Shown piece by piece: positions 46,765-56,089 of a stretch of DNA of 64,000 bases. Numbering within the stretch: the stretch's first letter is position 1; each line of letters starts with the position of its first letter. A program made the position numbers and the translations under genes. The stretch covers positions 3,510 through 67,509 of the forward strand of contig JAISBD010000009.1 in NCBI GenBank assembly GCA_031266345.1, given 5' to 3'. The notes beneath the pieces were generated by a model. The model did no database searches. It had not been told where the DNA came from and saw only the letters and a program-made list of their open reading frames with translations. This stretch comes from Puniceicoccales bacterium (lineage in GTDB: Bacteria; Verrucomicrobiota; Verrucomicrobiia; Opitutales; JAIRKQ01).

Positions 46765-49700
46765 ATGCACAGGAACCTACAACAAAATTTGGAACTCAAA
46801 AGACTGATCTCCACCCCCAATGAGGAAAAACCATACTTCCGCTGGGCAAGCGTCGTGGCACCGGTCGAGGCTCACAAAGATTGCAACGTGACGAAAATTG
46901 CCTGCGAACTCGGCGAAGCGTTGACCAATGTTTGCCTATCCCGCGGCGAAGCCGATATTTTTACGCAGGAAAATAAGAATCTGATCAATTTGCTGGTAAG
47001 CGATATCGCCGCGGAATCCCTGCGTTGCAAATCGGATTCGCTGAATAGGCACGGGCTCGAACTGCTCGTGGAGGAGGTTCTCGTTCGCAACAAAGCATTG
47101 GATATCGCCCGCGGCTACACCATGAAAAAACGCCTGGAGAGCGAATCCTTCAATGGCGCGCCTCACAGGCCTGAAATTAAGCTGATTAGGCGCAACAAAC
47201 AGGTCGTTCCGTGGAATGAAGCGAAGATAAAAAATGCCGTGATACAGGCTTTTTTGGCCGTGAAGCAGGACCCAACTCCGGCCACAGGGATTGCGGAGGC
47301 GGTGACAAAAGGTATCGTGAATTTTGGGCTATCCTTTGCCCACATCGAGGATGTGCAGGATTGCGTCCAGGAGGAGCTCATGGCGGGCGGGTTTTTCAAG
47401 GTCGCCGAGGCGTACATCCTATATCGGTCTAAGCATGCGCAATTGCGGGAAGGTGGGGCCATCGAAGACCAGGCCGCCGATGCCCCCTTCCAAGAATCGA
47501 TAGTTCTGATAAGGGGTAGCAATGGGAAAAGTTTTCTATGGGACGGCTCCGATTTGCAGGCGAGGATAGCATTTGCACACGAGGGCATAGATTCCCACCT
47601 AACCAGCGACGCCATCATCAGTGCGCTGCGCGACGGCATAGTAAACGAGATGGACCGGGGTGCCCTGCGGGAGCGGGTGGTGGAAAATGCGCGCAGTCTA
47701 ATCGAAAAAGATCCGGGATTCGCGATTTTCGCTGCCCGCATACAGCTTTCCTACCTCTACGAAGAAATTTTTAATTGGCACTGTTCCAGTGACGGGGTCG
47801 AGCAGCTGCGGAATATCCAAAAATCCGCCTTTGAGAGGTACGTCAAGCGTGCCGTTCAACTCGGTTTGCTGCACGGTGACATGCTGAAGTACGACCTCGG
47901 TGCCGTAGCCGCTGAGCTGGATATCCGTGCGGACCTCGAATTTGACGCCATTGCGCTGCAAAGTTTGGTGGAAAATTACCTCATGCGTGACGCTGAACAA
48001 ATAATTCTTGAGACGCCGCAGATGCTGTGGATGCGCGTTGCCATGGGAGTATTCATGGGGCGGGAGCAACCGGACAGAGACGCTATCGCGCTTTATAAGC
48101 TGTTCAGAGACAGGAAGTTTTGCCTATCCACGCCCGCCCTGTACTATGCCGGAACACCGCAGGCACAGATGATGGCGAGCTACGTTTACCACATCGAGGA
48201 TGACCTGGAAAGCATCATGGTACGCGGCATTGCGGATAACGCTTTCATAGCGAAGTGGGGCGGCGGGCTTGGCGGCTCCTGGACGAACGTACGCGGTCGG
48301 GGGACGAAGATCAGGGGCACGAGGGGTGATTCCCCCGGTCTCATCCCTTTTTTGCAGCTGCATCAGCACCAATTGGCCGTGGCGAATCAGGGGGCGGAGC
48401 GGAGGCGGGGCCGCGGGGTGGCCAGTTTGGAGATTTGGCACTGCGACGTGCAAGAATTCATCGATTACAAGAAAAAAGCCGGCCATTCAAGTGTGGGTGG
48501 CGAAGAGCTTGGCACGGTGCTATGGATTCCGGATTTATTCATGGAGCGGCTTAGGGAGGGTGCCGATTGGACGCTATTCAACCCCGAGGACGTTGAAGAT
48601 TTACATGATTTGTATGGGGAGGAGTTCGAGCGACTCTACGCTGAATTGGAGCGGCGGGCTGCCCATGGCGAGATTTTTTCAAAAAAGGTTTCAGTTTCCG
48701 ATCTTTGGCAAAAAATTATGCAGAGAATATTTGAGACCGGATACCCAAAAGTCGCATTCAAAGATACTTGCAATCGTGCCAATATGTGTAAAAATGGGGT
48801 GATCCATTCCCCAAACCTGTGCTTGGAACACATGCTGAACTCCTCCTATGGGGAGACCGCTGTGTGCGGCACGGGGTCGCTCGACATAGGCAAGCATCTG
48901 TGCGACGATGGCTCACTGGACGTAGCCAAGCTGCGCAATACGGTGCGAGTGGCAGTGGGTGCGCTCGATGCCATGATAGATGTGAATTATTTTCCCACGG
49001 AGGCATCGAAGATTTTCGCCCAAAAATACCGGGCAATCGGACTCGGCGTGATGGGGTTCCAAAACGCGCTGTACTACAAAAATGTGCCTTTCAGCAGCCC
49101 GGAAGCACTCAAATTCAGCGATGAGTGCTTCGAATTCATCGCCCATGAGACCATAGGGGAGTCCATCGAGCTCGCTAAAAAATTTGGACCCTGCCCCGTT
49201 TGCGAGTTGACCGAGTGGAAAAAAGGCGTCCTCCCCATGGACTTTTTCCCCAGGAGTGGAGAAACTAGGCTCGATTGGGACTCATTGCGCGGGGTGCTGA
49301 AGAAATTCGGCATCAGAAATGCGTACTTGAATGCCAATTCGCCCACGCGCAAGATTTCGCGGCTGATGAGTTGCTATCCAAGCTTGGCACCGGCAACTAG
49401 GAACGTGTTCACAAAGGAATTGAACAACAATCGTGAGATGATGGTCATTTCGCCGGAACTGGTCAAGACGCTGAAGCAGCACGGCTTCTGGAACAAGGAG
49501 ATACACAAGCAAATTCGCTACTTTGAGGGGGAGCTAGCCGCCATCGATGAGATTTCTGAGGAAATTAAAAACTTATATTGCACGGCATTCATGATCGACA
49601 GCCCGATCCTGCTTGAACACGCATCAATGTGCCAGCGTTGGATCGACCAATCCCAGGCGCTGCGCCTATTCTTAGCCGCCCCCAATTTGCACTCCCTGTC

Positions 49701-49869
49701 GAGCATGTTCATGGATGCGTGGAAGAAGGGGATCAAGGCGATCAACGATGTGAAGTCGGCTGGCTTTGCGCTGAATAAAAATCAGGAAATTTTCGATGAA
49801 GATGCGGATGGAACGAGTGCGATATTGAGTGCCCTTGACCGCTTTCACAGCTGCACCTCGCTGCCATGA
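46765..49869 (+). CDS. ribonucleotide reductase alpha-subunit homologue (class-I-like core) with non-canonical active-site and radical-transfer residues
   Basis: RNR core motifs: STPALYYAGTP, WGGGLGGSW, GLIPF, QGAERRRGRG...LEIWH, SPNLCLEH (N684/C686/E688), AVCGTGS. A degenerate ATP-cone-like segment is IKLIRRNKQVVPWNEAKIKNAV. See the finding for the missing residues. Confidence 0.8.
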   Translation: MHRNLQQNLELKRLISTPNEEKPYFRWASVVAPVEAHKDCNVTKIACELGEALTNVCLSRGEADIFTQENKNLINLLVSDIAAESLRCKSDSLNRHGLELLVEEVLVRNKALDIARGYTMKKRLESESFNGAPHRPEIKLIRRNKQVVPWNEAKIKNAVIQAFLAVKQDPTPATGIAEAVTKGIVNFGLSFAHIEDVQDCVQEELMAGGFFKVAEAYILYRSKHAQLREGGAIEDQAADAPFQESIVLIRGSNGKSFLWDGSDLQARIAFAHEGIDSHLTSDAIISALRDGIVNEMDRGALRERVVENARSLIEKDPGFAIFAARIQLSYLYEEIFNWHCSSDGVEQLRNIQKSAFERYVKRAVQLGLLHGDMLKYDLGAVAAELDIRADLEFDAIALQSLVENYLMRDAEQIILETPQMLWMRVAMGVFMGREQPDRDAIALYKLFRDRKFCLSTPALYYAGTPQAQMMASYVYHIEDDLESIMVRGIADNAFIAKWGGGLGGSWTNVRGRGTKIRGTRGDSPGLIPFLQLHQHQLAVANQGAERRRGRGVASLEIWHCDVQEFIDYKKKAGHSSVGGEELGTVLWIPDLFMERLREGADWTLFNPEDVEDLHDLYGEEFERLYAELERRAAHGEIFSKKVSVSDLWQKIMQRIFETGYPKVAFKDTCNRANMCKNGVIHSPNLCLEHMLNSSYGETAVCGTGSLDIGKHLCDDGSLDVAKLRNTVRVAVGALDAMIDVNYFPTEASKIFAQKYRAIGLGVMGFQNALYYKNVPFSSPEALKFSDECFEFIAHETIGESIELAKKFGPCPVCELTEWKKGVLPMDFFPRSGETRLDWDSLRGVLKKFGIRNAYLNANSPTRKISRLMSCYPSLAPATRNVFTKELNNNREMMVISPELVKTLKQHGFWNKEIHKQIRYFEGELAAIDEISEEIKNLYCTAFMIDSPILLEHASMCQRWIDQSQALRLFLAAPNLHSLSSMFMDAWKKGIKAINDVKSAGFALNKNQEIFDEDADGTSAILSALDRFHSCTSLP

Positions 49870-50033
49870 GGTGGGCTGAGGGTAATTTTATTTGAATTGT
49901 GGGCCCGCGAACTAGGTGAGCTCGCGCATAAGTACAATGTCCTGGGGCCAGTTTCAGTGGGCAAGCTATGTACCTGCACCGTGATAAACATCGCACGGCG
50001 CACGCGAGTGACCGATGTGGCGGGAGGGTAATC

Positions 50034-53000
50034 CTAGCGACCTACCGTCCCGACGAGACTGTCCACGTACCCCGGCGAGCTGGCGCGGATAATTTCGCCA
50101 TTGATTTCGTCGATTTTGCTTTGAACACGGGGATCAAAGCCATGGATTCCCATGAACGTGCGCAGGTATTTCTCACCTTTTTTCAGGTGTTCGACGTCCT
50201 GTGCCTGTTTGCTCCTCAGCCGTCCCAGATACCACTCGCTGCCGAGCACATTTTCCCGCCGGAATAGTGCCCTAAAATGCGGAGAATCGAGCGTCATGCC
50301 GCCGAATTCCCCGCGGTGCATGATGCCCAGAAGGGCCCGCAGCGGCGGAATGGCCCATTCGATATCGCTGCTGGACATGATAATCTCGGCGGCACGCCTG
50401 TGTGATTCGACGATATTTGCCATACTGTCGGCGAAAATGGCGAAGTCTTGCTCCTCGGGGCGCAGGATCTCGTCGCCAAAGAGCGAATCGGGGAACGATA
50501 GCACGCGGCCGGCGAATATTTTTATGAATTTTTTCGTTATGCGATACCCCATGCGGCTAAACTGCACAATTCTGCCCCCGCATTCGAAGTCCTTGCAGGG
50601 CTCGAGGTAGCCGTGTTCTATTAGGAAGCGTGGGTTGCGCTCGTGAACTTGCATGCGCGACCAGATCTCCGGCAGTAGGTAGGTGATGTCGTGGGCTACG
50701 TAGAACTTCGGTCCAACGTACCCCGCCGCCGATAAAAACCCGTGGTAACCGCACAATATGAAGGATAGTAGGGCACTATTAAGGTCGTAAACCGCATTCA
50801 GAGCGTTGAATGGACCCTTCGTCATTGCGCCCTCCAGGCCGGCCCCCGTCGTGGAAGGAGATTTCCCTGTCATGCTGGAGGCGTATTCCATGAATAACTC
50901 GGGCAAATCCATGTAGTGCAGGGGATTATACACACTCAATGCCCCTATTTTCCCATCCGGCGGATTGTTCCGTCTGCCGGTCAAAATGGAGTGGACGGGG
51001 AATTTTACATCGGCGATGTTTTTCGTTTGGCTATGCAGTTTCATGCACAGCTTCGAAACGTATACCTCTTCGTGGGCGTACATATCCCGGCGATTTTGCA
51101 GGTAGCGCTCATTTTTGCTCACCTCGCCGTCGGGCATCACTCTCAGCTCCGACGGGCACACCACGTACTTCGGCCCACTGGCGTCACTGAGGAAATTGGC
51201 GAGCAATTCCTTCATTGGCTGGCTATATTTTTCAAACTGAATGCGGTTGGCCACCATGGCACGCACATCGGTCTTTGTAAGTGGTTTATAGTTGCAGGTG
51301 AAGGTGTTAGGCCGCGAAATTTCGTACTCCGTTTCGTGGTCATAGCCCGGGGTAATCGCCTCGTCCGGGCGCTGATAAAGTCGATATTCGCAGTTATGGA
51401 CGAACTTTACGGACGGATTGTCATAGGCTGGGTTGAGCCCCCCAATGGCGTTCGCCGGGAGCGTGACGGAGGAAGTGATGTCATCGGCCAACTGGAGCTT
51501 GAAGGAGGGATAAAAGTCGCCGCGCAGGGAAAAATTTCGCCGAATTTTTTCACCGGTGAAGCCGACGCGGACATACTGATCAACAAGCTTTTCTTGGCGA
51601 TAGTACAGCTCATGGCCGCGCTGCCCATTGACGATGTCGACGGAAAATTTTGACCGCCAATCTGAACCCCAACTTCCTTTGTAAAAAGTCTTTATGGCGA
51701 GGATCAATTCCTTGATGTGGGCAGGGATTGTTTTCAGCCAGCTGTTGTACTCATCCGCATATTTCTCGTTAAAATTCAGGAGTTTTATCACCGAACCGAG
51801 TGTGCGGGCGCTGTCCAGGATGGGACGATCATCCCGGGTGTCTCTATCCCGAAATCTGCCGGAAAAATCCATTTTCAAGATTTTGTCAGCGAGGGCGAAG
51901 TCACCATCGTAGTCGGATAGGAGCATGGAACCGCGTATGATCGCATCCGACAGCGACTTGGCGATTTCAGACTTCCCGCCACCGGACACCGTTGCAGGCT
52001 TGTAGCAGAAGGTACCATTCGGCGACGTACCAATCATCTTCCAACGCTCACCCCCGTGGGAGGGCCGGACCAGGTGAATGCGATACCCATTCGGCAAAAC
52101 GTATATTTTATCCAGCTCGAGGCGCAAAGTCTTCTCCCCATCGCCAAATTTCCACCTTGCCTCCATCTTTGGGAGATTAAAAGTCGCGTTACCCGGGAGG
52201 TACACTAGGGCGGAATAGTTCCTGTCAACTGCATACCCATCGCCCTGCAGCGCCATATTTTCGCCGTTATTTTTCAATAGGTCTTCAAAGGGAAGTTTAC
52301 TTTTCAAAAACTCTTCGTAATTGAATTCGTCGCCGAGGTCATAGCGCGGGAACACCAGCGCGCCGCCGGAATGTTCCTCTTCGCAGAGGCCGTACATATT
52401 AGCGGCGTAGGATAGCTGCGTTTTTATCTCCTTTTTACCATAGCCGTTGTAGCTATCGCCGATGATGGAAACAATTACACCGGAATTTGAACGTGCAACG
52501 GCACGGAATGGGCGGCCGTCATGGTATAATTCGTCCCCCCGTTCCCAGCACATGCCATCCCGTTTTTGCCGCTCGGTAGCCGCGGAGACGTGGGGGAGGC
52601 CCAGCTCTTTCTTTGTGCACTTGCGCAGCTGCGGGGCAAAAACTATGCAGCCCGTGTGCCCGGACCAGGATTGGGGATCCATGGCAGCGTCATTTTCCGG
52701 CAAAAATGGCGAGCCGGCGTTGCCAAATATGCTCTCCGTGCAGTCCAGTACACTGACCATGCTTCCTGGCAAAAATAGGCGAATTTCCATGTTTTTCGGG
52801 GAAATATTTCCACCGACTTCTGGGCATATTATCGGCTTAAAATAGGCCGAAACAAATATCTTAGCCCCAAATTCTTGCTCCGACGAAAACGGCAGCAGAA
52901 GCATGTCTTCCGGCGGATTGAATGCTAATTTGAGCATGCTGGCGAAGGCTTGTTTGGGGATTTCTTTTTTATCGCTCGGCACTGGGAAACCACCTTCGGC

Positions 53001-53372
53001 GATGTGAAAAGTACCGGCGGTTGTTCGCTTATCCGTGGAAGGATTGTTCAGGATCCCCTGGTATATGCGGTAGCTATCGACGTACTCACAGTGAAACTCA
53101 TCCCTCCCTTCCGGCAGGGATAGTAGGCGCGAAACCCCGTGTCTGTCGCAGATGAAGGAAAATTTCGGCAGCCAGGAATGATCGGGAGCAGTGCCCAAAT
53201 ATTCATTCAAAAAAGTGTTTATTCTACCATCGACGGGGGCTTGCTCCCGAGGACTTGCGGCATCGCGGCTGAGCGCGGCCAATTGCTCCCTAATTGCGGC
53301 TATGTCCTCCGCAGCAATCCCAATATTATTTCCCCTATCATCGATCCCCAATGGGCGCTCCAACTTATTCAT
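50034..53372 (-). CDS. large (1112-aa) conserved-looking cytoplasmic protein of unassigned function; tentative candidate PPi-type PEP carboxykinase
   Basis: Long uninterrupted ORF with globular, non-repetitive composition and a P-loop-like CYKPATVSGGGKSEI (aa 463-468). The PPi-PEPCK suggestion rests only on size, cytoplasmic enzyme-like character and anaerobic context. It does not rest on a motif I can verify. Confidence 0.8.
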   Translation of the reverse strand: MNKLERPLGIDDRGNNIGIAAEDIAAIREQLAALSRDAASPREQAPVDGRINTFLNEYLGTAPDHSWLPKFSFICDRHGVSRLLSLPEGRDEFHCEYVDSYRIYQGILNNPSTDKRTTAGTFHIAEGGFPVPSDKKEIPKQAFASMLKLAFNPPEDMLLLPFSSEQEFGAKIFVSAYFKPIICPEVGGNISPKNMEIRLFLPGSMVSVLDCTESIFGNAGSPFLPENDAAMDPQSWSGHTGCIVFAPQLRKCTKKELGLPHVSAATERQKRDGMCWERGDELYHDGRPFRAVARSNSGVIVSIIGDSYNGYGKKEIKTQLSYAANMYGLCEEEHSGGALVFPRYDLGDEFNYEEFLKSKLPFEDLLKNNGENMALQGDGYAVDRNYSALVYLPGNATFNLPKMEARWKFGDGEKTLRLELDKIYVLPNGYRIHLVRPSHGGERWKMIGTSPNGTFCYKPATVSGGGKSEIAKSLSDAIIRGSMLLSDYDGDFALADKILKMDFSGRFRDRDTRDDRPILDSARTLGSVIKLLNFNEKYADEYNSWLKTIPAHIKELILAIKTFYKGSWGSDWRSKFSVDIVNGQRGHELYYRQEKLVDQYVRVGFTGEKIRRNFSLRGDFYPSFKLQLADDITSSVTLPANAIGGLNPAYDNPSVKFVHNCEYRLYQRPDEAITPGYDHETEYEISRPNTFTCNYKPLTKTDVRAMVANRIQFEKYSQPMKELLANFLSDASGPKYVVCPSELRVMPDGEVSKNERYLQNRRDMYAHEEVYVSKLCMKLHSQTKNIADVKFPVHSILTGRRNNPPDGKIGALSVYNPLHYMDLPELFMEYASSMTGKSPSTTGAGLEGAMTKGPFNALNAVYDLNSALLSFILCGYHGFLSAAGYVGPKFYVAHDITYLLPEIWSRMQVHERNPRFLIEHGYLEPCKDFECGGRIVQFSRMGYRITKKFIKIFAGRVLSFPDSLFGDEILRPEEQDFAIFADSMANIVESHRRAAEIIMSSSDIEWAIPPLRALLGIMHRGEFGGMTLDSPHFRALFRRENVLGSEWYLGRLRSKQAQDVEHLKKGEKYLRTFMGIHGFDPRVQSKIDEINGEIIRASSPGYVDSLVGTVGR

Positions 53373-53467
53373 GTTAAAATCGTATAAAAAAATTTTAAAA
53401 GAGCAAGTTTGAAATTAAAACATTAGTTTTGCGTTGAAAAGTTAGGGCACGGTTATTTGTTGGGTCT

Positions 53468-54697
53468 ATGAATTCCTGTCCGCCGAAAAATTTTGTACCC
53501 GAGCCCTTTGAATATCACAGCGAGGTAGAGTTGCGCATATCCGCAATTACGAACCTCGGCCTTGGTGTTGGCAGGGTGAACAATTGGGTAATCATGGTTC
53601 CATTTGTGTGCGTGGGCGAGCTGGTCAAGGCGCGGGTGTTCAGGAATCATAAACACTATTCCGAAGCGGACTTGGTCGAAGTTTTGGAGCCGGCTGCCGA
53701 ACGCGTCGAGCCCATTTGTCCGCTGTTTACCATGTGCGGCGGTTGCCAGTATCAGCACATTTCCCAGGCGGCTCAGCTCGAGATGAAGCGGGCGCATGTG
53801 CGGGAGGCGATGCTGCGCCTCGGGGGCATAGATAGGGCAGTCGAGCCCTGCATGCATTCCGGCCATAGCTACGGTTACCGTTCAAAAATTACCCCCCATT
53901 TTCAAAAATTTAAGGCGGAAAAATTCTTTCCAATCGGGTTTTTAGCCCGGGGATGTGGTGCGAAACTGGTGGACGTGGAACGCTGCCCCATCGCCACCGA
54001 AGGGATCAATTCCGAACTCACCGCTGTGCGAGAGCGCATAAGAATCCTGGCGAAGACTTTTAGGCGCGGCGGAACTATACTTCTGCGCGAAGCGAAGGGA
54101 GCTATCACCACGGATAGCAACGCCGTCGTCACGCAAAGCATTGGCGAGTTCACCTTTCGATTTCGAGCCGGCTCATTTTTTCAAAATAACCCCCACGCTT
54201 TGCCCATGATGGTGCAGTTTGTCGGAGAAGCCAGCCGGGGATGCACCTATCTGGTGGACGCCTACTGCGGCGTGGGGGTATTCGCCATCTGCTCGGCAAA
54301 ATATTTCTCCAAGGTCTGTGCCGTGGAGATCGATCCGGATGCAATTTCCATTGCCCGTGCGAACGCTGAAACCAACGGAATTTCCAACATTTCCTTCATC
54401 GCCGGCAATGCTGCAAAAATTTTTTGCCAAGTTTCATTCCCGGCGGAGCACACTTGCGTAATAATTGATCCGCCGCGCAGTGGCTGTGACGGTGATTTCA
54501 TGGAGCAAATCCTGGCCTTCGCCCCGCGCAAGATTATTTACGTTTCCTGCGCCCCCGATACCCAGGCGCGTGACCTCAAGTTGCTGGCGGCCAAGTACGG
54601 TGTTAGGACGTTGCAACCCATCGACATGTTCCCCCAGACACGCCACATCGAAAACATCGCCGTCCTGGAACTTGCAAAGGAGATGGATCCTGCGTAA
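53468..54697 (+). CDS. RumA/TrmA-family RNA (uracil-5-)-methyltransferase with TRAM domain and Fe-S Cys cluster
   Basis: TRAM-like N-terminus (GLGVGRV...VPFVCVGELVKARV), CPLFTMCGGCQYQH, the SAM motif DAYCGVG, and the catalytic region YVSCAP. Confidence 0.85.
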   Translation: MNSCPPKNFVPEPFEYHSEVELRISAITNLGLGVGRVNNWVIMVPFVCVGELVKARVFRNHKHYSEADLVEVLEPAAERVEPICPLFTMCGGCQYQHISQAAQLEMKRAHVREAMLRLGGIDRAVEPCMHSGHSYGYRSKITPHFQKFKAEKFFPIGFLARGCGAKLVDVERCPIATEGINSELTAVRERIRILAKTFRRGGTILLREAKGAITTDSNAVVTQSIGEFTFRFRAGSFFQNNPHALPMMVQFVGEASRGCTYLVDAYCGVGVFAICSAKYFSKVCAVEIDPDAISIARANAETNGISNISFIAGNAAKIFCQVSFPAEHTCVIIDPPRSGCDGDFMEQILAFAPRKIIYVSCAPDTQARDLKLLAAKYGVRTLQPIDMFPQTRHIENIAVLELAKEMDPA

Positions 54698-54730
54698 AAA
54701 ATCGAAAAAATTGTCAAAATTAAGGACATT

Positions 54731-55885
54731 TCACTGAGTTTTCGCAGGTCTTGCGGCGATGCGGTCGATCAGCTGCGCCAAAGCTCCATTGCCAAGGACA
54801 TTGGCCGATGTGCAAATCGGGTCCAGCAGAATGTACAGCGAAAAAATTAGCGAAGACATGGCCCCATTGAAGCCAAAGCAGTGCTCGATTATGGGTAGCA
54901 TCACCATGATGCCACCCCCAGGCACGGCGGCTACGGAGAATTTTGCAATCACAAATTGCAGGGTGAAAACCAAATAGAGCACGGGCGGAGGTTGGGGAAA
55001 TCCGTAGCTTTTGAGAATGGCGTAAATAAGGATCGGAATGGCTATGCAGTCTCCCATGAGATGCACATTCGTTGCCAGCGAAACAGTGGATTTGGCCAGC
55101 GACTTGTTGGCTGCATTTTTCTCCACAGCAACGATGGTGTAGGGCAATGCCGATGCACTGGACATGCTGCCAAAGGCACATATCACCGGTGGCACCATGT
55201 TTTTTAAACAGGATAGCGCCTTTCCAAATCGCATGCCGCTGGCAAAGAAAAAGAAGAGGAATAGATAGATCGCCATGGCGGCGATGATAGTCACCACGAT
55301 GGGGGCGTATTGCCGAATCAGCAATACCACCAGGCCGTCGTACCGTATCTTTAGGAGAAATCCGAAGAGAAATGGTGGAATTATCCAGGAAATGCCCCTG
55401 AGTAATTGGGAAACAAATAGGTCAACCGCACCGGACAACTTTGCAATGTGCTTCGGCATTATTTTCGGAATAAAAATTCCGCCCAAAATACCCAGCACCA
55501 TCGCCAGGGCATTGGGGATAATCTTCGGCAATTGGCAGTTGAAAAGCGGCAATAGCTCGCTCGCCGATGATATTTGCGTGAGGGATATTTCCATCGAGGA
55601 ATATACCGCTTTGCCGATAAAATGGCTGAGGTAGGTGGCGAAAAAGTTTGAACAGCAGAGCACGCTAAGCACGATTGCCACGATGCGTGATGCGTTTCCA
55701 CCAAGGCGATGGAAGGTGGAGAATAGCAGGCCACAAATGAGCAGAGGTAGGAGGAAAAGTATGACTGACTTCAGGGTAAGGCTGATTCCGAGGAACGCAC
55801 GCAGTAGCGGCACGGGCACTAAGCTGCCGCACGAAAATGCCGCAATAATCAGAATTAGGAGTATTATTGGTGTTTTTTTTAGCAT
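54731..55885 (-). CDS. dicarboxylate/amino acid:cation symporter (DAACS) family transporter
   Basis: 384 aa, polytopic. SMSSASALP and AAVPGGGIMVM motifs are typical of the sodium:dicarboxylate symporter fold. Confidence 0.75.
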   Translation of the reverse strand: MLKKTPIILLILIIAAFSCGSLVPVPLLRAFLGISLTLKSVILFLLPLLICGLLFSTFHRLGGNASRIVAIVLSVLCCSNFFATYLSHFIGKAVYSSMEISLTQISSASELLPLFNCQLPKIIPNALAMVLGILGGIFIPKIMPKHIAKLSGAVDLFVSQLLRGISWIIPPFLFGFLLKIRYDGLVVLLIRQYAPIVVTIIAAMAIYLFLFFFFASGMRFGKALSCLKNMVPPVICAFGSMSSASALPYTIVAVEKNAANKSLAKSTVSLATNVHLMGDCIAIPILIYAILKSYGFPQPPPVLYLVFTLQFVIAKFSVAAVPGGGIMVMLPIIEHCFGFNGAMSSLIFSLYILLDPICTSANVLGNGALAQLIDRIAARPAKTQ

Positions 55886-56089
55886 GGCCGAAACTCGCTG
55901 AATTTACTTGCAAAAAATTTGTTTGGAAATACAAAACTGTAGCCACTCACCGGCAGATTCGAAATCCCAAGCAATGCACCATAGTGCCTTCACTCAAGGA
56001 TTTGCTAATTTAATGTCAACAAATAAAAATTTCAACGCCTGAGAAAATTTTATTCGCCAAATGTCAAACATTGCTTAGGTAATGTGAAT

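Noticed and set aside
55886-56089. Possible glmS ribozyme or leader upstream of glmS, and the track start codon GTG at 56084 (MNMCG...).
   Set aside because: I recognised no conserved glmS ribozyme core sequence in the 200-nt leader. GlmS requires Cys as the first residue after Met removal, so ATG at 56090 is the start.
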